From NCBI GenBank assembly GCA_047495785.1, contig JBLDXI010000024.1, forward strand, positions 1,488,001 through 1,552,000: a stretch of 64,000 nt of DNA, in the 5' to 3' direction. Both the position numbers and the translations under genes were made by a program. Position 1 is the first letter of the stretch; every line of letters starts with the position of its first letter. Below, in pieces: positions 59,280 through 64,000 of the stretch. Below the pieces are notes generated by a model. The model searched no databases. It saw nothing but the letters and a program-made list of their open reading frames with translations, and was not told the DNA's origin. The DNA comes from Lepidodermella squamata (taxonomy: Eukaryota > Animalia > Gastrotricha).

Positions 59280-59792
59280 TATTTCGAAGGCAGGTTGAAA
59301 GTGTTAAATGATGTGTCTGCTTCTCAGCTTTAGTGAGTTTATCAGCCTACGTACCACGCGTGAATCATCGCCGCACTGGGGATTTTTTAATTTTATCGTT
59401 ACCTTCATCCTGGACATTTCGATGGTGCGACAGCGACATAAGGGGTTTTAATGTATAAGAGCATGTTCTTATTTAAAAAATATTGACCATGTATCAAAAA
59501 AAGGCACCACAGAGGAAGGGTTTATAACCACGAAACGGAAATCCGTTCAGCAATTAATTAAGAGGCTGAGCTAGGTTCGCAAAAAACTGAGTTTCGCAGA
59601 AATAACCTGGATGGACATCGCAATATTGTAGCATAGGGCTAACGTTGGAGCTGACTACGCACGAGAAGCCTATCGTCACAAGAGACATCACGTGACCGCG
59701 CAAAAAGGTGCGCATCACTTTTAGACACTGAAAAAGTCATTAAGTCGTTTTATTTGATTCCGCCGATCACCCCGAAAAAGACAACACAGATT

Positions 59793-62498
59793 CTATAATA
59801 GGTTAGAATTAACAAACTTTAGTATCAATTTTCGCTTTTTCGGCTGACTTGAGATAATTAGTGTCCTTTGCCGCTCGACTTGTCGAGGTTGCAGCGACTC
59901 GAGGCCTTTTATCAGCTCGAGACTCCCGCTTTTCCTCGCGTAATCCAACGGTGTTACGCCAGTATGATCGGCAACATTTGCAATTTCAGGACATTTCGCG
60001 AGTAAATTCAACGCAGTTTCCAGCCCACCAAGCTCAGCAACATACGACAAAGCAGTTCGACCGAATTTATCAACTAGCTTTAACCCATTCGGCCAACAAT
60101 TCGTCAGATAATTAACAGCCTCAAAATGGCCATTTTTTGCTGCTAAAACGATGACAGTAGAGTTTGAATTTTCATCCAGAATTTCAACCGATTTAGGCCA
60201 TTGCTCTAATAGGAACTTGACGCAAGAAAAATGACCATTTTCTGCCGCAAGTTGAAGGGCGATTCGATTTGTTTTGAAGTCTTCGATTTTGATTATAGCC
60301 GGGTCTATCTCGTGCAGATAGCTCAAAGCGAGTAAAAAGCCATGCTCTGCCGCAACCAGGAAAGCGTTTCTACAGCACCGACCATTGACCATAGAATCCG
60401 GGTAATTATCGACGAAATTTTTCAAGACCTCAAACTTCCCGAATTTCGCACTCCAAGCTAATGGCTCAAGGCCGTAGTTGATTTCGCTATGAAGGGCCTG
60501 AGGACATTTTTGAAGTAGTAAATTGATCAATGCAACGTGATTCCGCTCAATCGCCCAGGCCATGGGTGTTTTCTGAGCCTTGAAATCGCAGTGGAGAATT
60601 TCGCCGGGAAATCGGTCGGCTAATAATTCGATCACTTCGATTTTGCAATTTTCAGCCGCAATGCTTATCGGCGTGATGTATCGATAATCATCGATAATTC
60701 GCAGATTTCTAGGCCATTTTTGCGATAAAAAATCGATAATATCCACGTAGCCACCCTGTGAGGCGTAGGTTAATGCTGTAAACCCGCTATCATCAACATA
60801 GGTCAAATCGTCAGGTTTTTTCTCGTAAATTAATCGAACCGCCTCGATTTGGCCACTCGATGCGGCTAAGCTTAACGCTGATTGGCTAGTAACCTGCCGA
60901 TGGTTGATTGCGTCAGGGCGAAATCGAAGGAGTAAATCGATGAGGTCAACATCGCCATGACGAGCAGCCAAGTGGAACGCCATTATTCGATGCGATTTAC
61001 AGCTGAGCCTTTCAAACGGGAAATTTCGATTCGGAAATTGCGTTTTGTCAACAAATTTGAAATCGCCGATTGAAAAATTATCCAAAATTTCGCGGAGTAA
61101 ACAACAAAAATCGCAATAAATCAGCTGATAAACGAAAATTGGCACTAGAAATGCCGCCGAGTAATTTTCGCCAGCATCCAATTCGACTGATGGAGGAATT
61201 CCGGGCAGTCGTAAAGCACAATCGCATAAAATTCGAATTTTCACCTCGCCATAACGTGCATTAGGAATTCCGTAAAAACTGCGAGCTTTTTCGAACAAAT
61301 TTTCGTGGAAAATCGCGTATGGAATGAAGAATCCAGGCTCTATTGAACTGTCTTTACTCGGGAAGCTCCTCGGGCCTCGTTTAGCTACGATAATTTCATC
61401 GATTAGGCCGATGTCTTTAAAAATATCAGTGACGTTGAAAGCCGAAGCCAATCCCCATAATCTGGCTACTTCACTCATTCGAACTGGCTGGCGTGGCTTG
61501 AAAAGCAGAAAGACAAAGTAGAACGATTTCAGGCGATCGTTCAATTTTTCGAATAGCAATGAAAAATAATCATTTGCGGACAGGTCGCTTGCGATCACAT
61601 TGAATAAATCGCTGATTAATTCGTTTAAACTCGAGCTTTTTCGGCCTAATTTCGTAGCAATTTCAGCTGCTATTAACGGCGAACCGAGACATCTATCAGC
61701 CATAGCGTTAAGGTAGTCATCATCCTTGTTGAGCTGGCTTAGACTTTTCACTGGATCGAAATTGCGTAACATTTCACGCATCACCGAATCTGGCATGAAA
61801 TTAAGCTGGTAATCGATGCAAACCGGGATAGATTCGCTGGCTTTGAAGTCGGATCGGGCGATCACACAACACGGCGCGAAATCGCATTGATTTCTAAATA
61901 ATTCAGCCACTGATTCGTGCCGGCATTGGTCGAAAATAAAAAATATCCGTTGATCCTTTTCCAAGGCGAAATAGCTAGCCATATCGTGGACTGTTCGCCA
62001 CTTCAAGGAATGCTCGAGGTCACTTTTCGATTTGCCGAGTTCAAATAATGAGTTTATAAACCTTTTCGACTCGTTTTGATTCGCTGGATCCATCAAATTC
62101 ATCGACCATTCGTAGCAGTCGAGCCAGAAAACCAGTTGAATATTGCATTGTTGCTCGAAAAATTCGCGTAGTGACGGCCGTCGTAGACACTGCGAAATTA
62201 AGGTGGATTTTCCGACCCCGGATGGCCCGGTTAGTAAGAAGATACCGCGACCTGGGTTATTGCACAGCTCTTCGAAACAAATCAGGAGATTTTGCTCGTC
62301 ATCCGGCCGCGGGAAGTAATTGCCGTTAATTTGAGGTAAACCAATGCGACTTCAATAAAAAAAATTACAGTAGTACAAATTAGGAAAAAATCAAGAAATT
62401 ACTAACCACTCGTTCTCATGAAATGAGGCTTCTTTGCCCATTTTCTCAAAATGAGCCGTTAATTGTCGAACGAGGGTTTTATGCTTAATATCGTCCAT
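59793..62498 (-). CDS. STAND NTPase (NB-ARC/APAF-1-like) plus ankyrin-repeat protein, about 882 aa
   Basis: Exons 62498-62407 and 62349-59793 (57-bp intron). Walker A GPSGVGKST (upstream of the ORF-track start), Walker B-like IFFIFDQ, CLGSPL (GxP), ARLWG, then about 10 ankyrin repeats (AFHLAARHG, TALTYASQGG, TPLDYA). Confidence 0.82.
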
Positions 62499-62803
62499 AT
62501 TATTCCTTAGCTAAAATTAAGGAGTTCTCTCTAATATTTTTTAGCTTAAAAGAAAGTAGCCTTAGCATAAGATGCATTATTTAAGGCCAACGCACTTCGA
62601 TTCCCTCCAGTAGTTGCCTGGTAATGTCGATAATAATTACGCATTGTCCTGCGCGTGAGATTATATTGATTATTGACCACCTTAAAATGCAAAGTGTGCA
62701 TCTTTCACCCTGGCGTGAATCGACGCTCTAAAATAACACAATTCTAGGGTATCATATTATTATTCAGCCACCTAGCGTTTTGCCTATAACACAAAATGTC
62801 GAT

Positions 62804-64000
62804 ATGGGAAGGCTCGCTCAGGCAAAAATTCTTCTGGTTCTCATAGGGTTACTAATTGTAATAGACATTTTCACTCGTTCTCCAAATGATGAGCCTGAGA
62901 CTAAATTCATCATTCAGCCTTTATCATCTCCCACTCCGGCGATTAGCCCAGAGCCCGAAACTGAAACGTCGACTTATAGACCGGTCACCACTTCGAAGAT
63001 AGTCACAGCTAAAGGTCGCCTTGGCTTTGAATTGGACCTGCAATCAGGGTGTTCTAACGAGCCAGGGTGTGACTTGGAGTCCGTTTTCGAGAACAGGAGG
63101 CTACAGTTGAGATTAGGATGCCAAAAACATTTCCTATACACCCCAGGAAATACGCCGCAAAATTTGGATGAATTAGTCAACTTATTAGACATCCAATATA
63201 CTGCACTGGAAAATTTTATGGTGGACGACCAACATCGGTTGATTTTCTGCAAAGTACCTAAAGTCGCATCCACGACGTGGTTGAAGGTCCTGGCAATTTT
63301 ACGCGGCGGACCTTCGTTCAACTTCACCAAAGTCGAGCAGATAGACGACGAGTTCCTATACAATTCGCGGCAATGGTCTAATATGAGCGCGGTTCGAGTT
63401 CTGTCAAGCTACTCAAAATCTGAGAGATCGATGCGGCTGAGGAATTACAGAAAGGTGATGTGGGTCAGACACCCTGTACTACGGCTATTTTCAGCTTGGC
63501 AGTCGAAACTCACTGATGAGAAAAACGTTTACTGGAATGTGAGTCTTTTGAATTCACATTATCCACCTTAATAATTTCCATTTTTAGATGGTTGGTCGGC
63601 ATATTCTGGAAAAATATGGGAGAAAAGGCGAACCTCGAGGTAAACCTGGGGTGACTCTTGAAGAGTTTTTTCGATATATGGCAGGTTTGCCGAAATACAC
63701 GCGAATATTCGACGTTCATTGTAAGAATTTTAAACAAAGAAATTGGCTTTTAACAATGCAATTTCGCTTTTCAGGGGATCCTTACCACCTTCATTGCTGG
63801 CCTTGTTTCTTCAACCCAGAGTACATTGGTCATTTTGAATCGATGAAGCCGGAAGCTGATTATGTGATAAGAAAAATTTACGGTCCGAACACCGAGTTCG
63901 AATTTCCGAGCGGTCAATCAGCGATGAAGAAGCGAAATGATGCGCTGGTCGAAATTTCGAAGTTACCGAAAGATATACTCCAGTTAGCCCTTAACAAGTA
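62804..64000 (+). CDS. Carbohydrate sulfotransferase (Sulfotransfer_2), second paralog; 3' end runs off the window
   Basis: Exons 62804-63538, 63588-63720, 63775->64000 (introns 49 and 54 bp). CKVPKVASTTW, VRHPVLRLFSAW, HWDPYHLHCWPC, YIGHFE. Confidence 0.9.

Noticed and set aside
1-64000. Prokaryotic features (operons, CRISPR arrays, rRNA) and a species assignment
   Set aside because: Spliceosomal introns and metazoan gene families throughout; no repeat-spacer array or rRNA seen; nothing diagnostic of the taxon.

Overview
Eukaryotic (invertebrate animal-type) genomic DNA with compact genes; most introns are GT-AG and 48-57 bp. The species cannot be identified from the sequence. 1-21 kb: three DUF229 (alkaline-phosphatase-superfamily) paralogs, a Ly6/three-finger gene, three tandem GPI-type S1 serine proteases without propeptides, a very divergent Cys-loop ion channel, an orphan disordered protein and a carbohydrate sulfotransferase. 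24-59 kb: an array of intronless GABA-B-like orphan class C GPCRs (5 intact, 1 inverted and frameshifted, 2 fragments) whose copies are patchworks of each other. Inside the array is a three-level transposon nest: a hairpin-ended element contains an apparently intact, THAP-less P-superfamily transposon (32-bp TIRs, 8-bp TSD), which contains a 782-bp TIR element carrying two outward-facing tRNA-like Pol III cassettes. A paralogous empty site at about 40.5 kb confirms the outer boundaries. LINE and MULE remnants lie between receptor genes. 59.8-64 kb: an NB-ARC plus ankyrin gene with no effector domain, head-to-head with a second sulfotransferase. Splice sites and family calls come from manual reading and motif recognition, not database searches.
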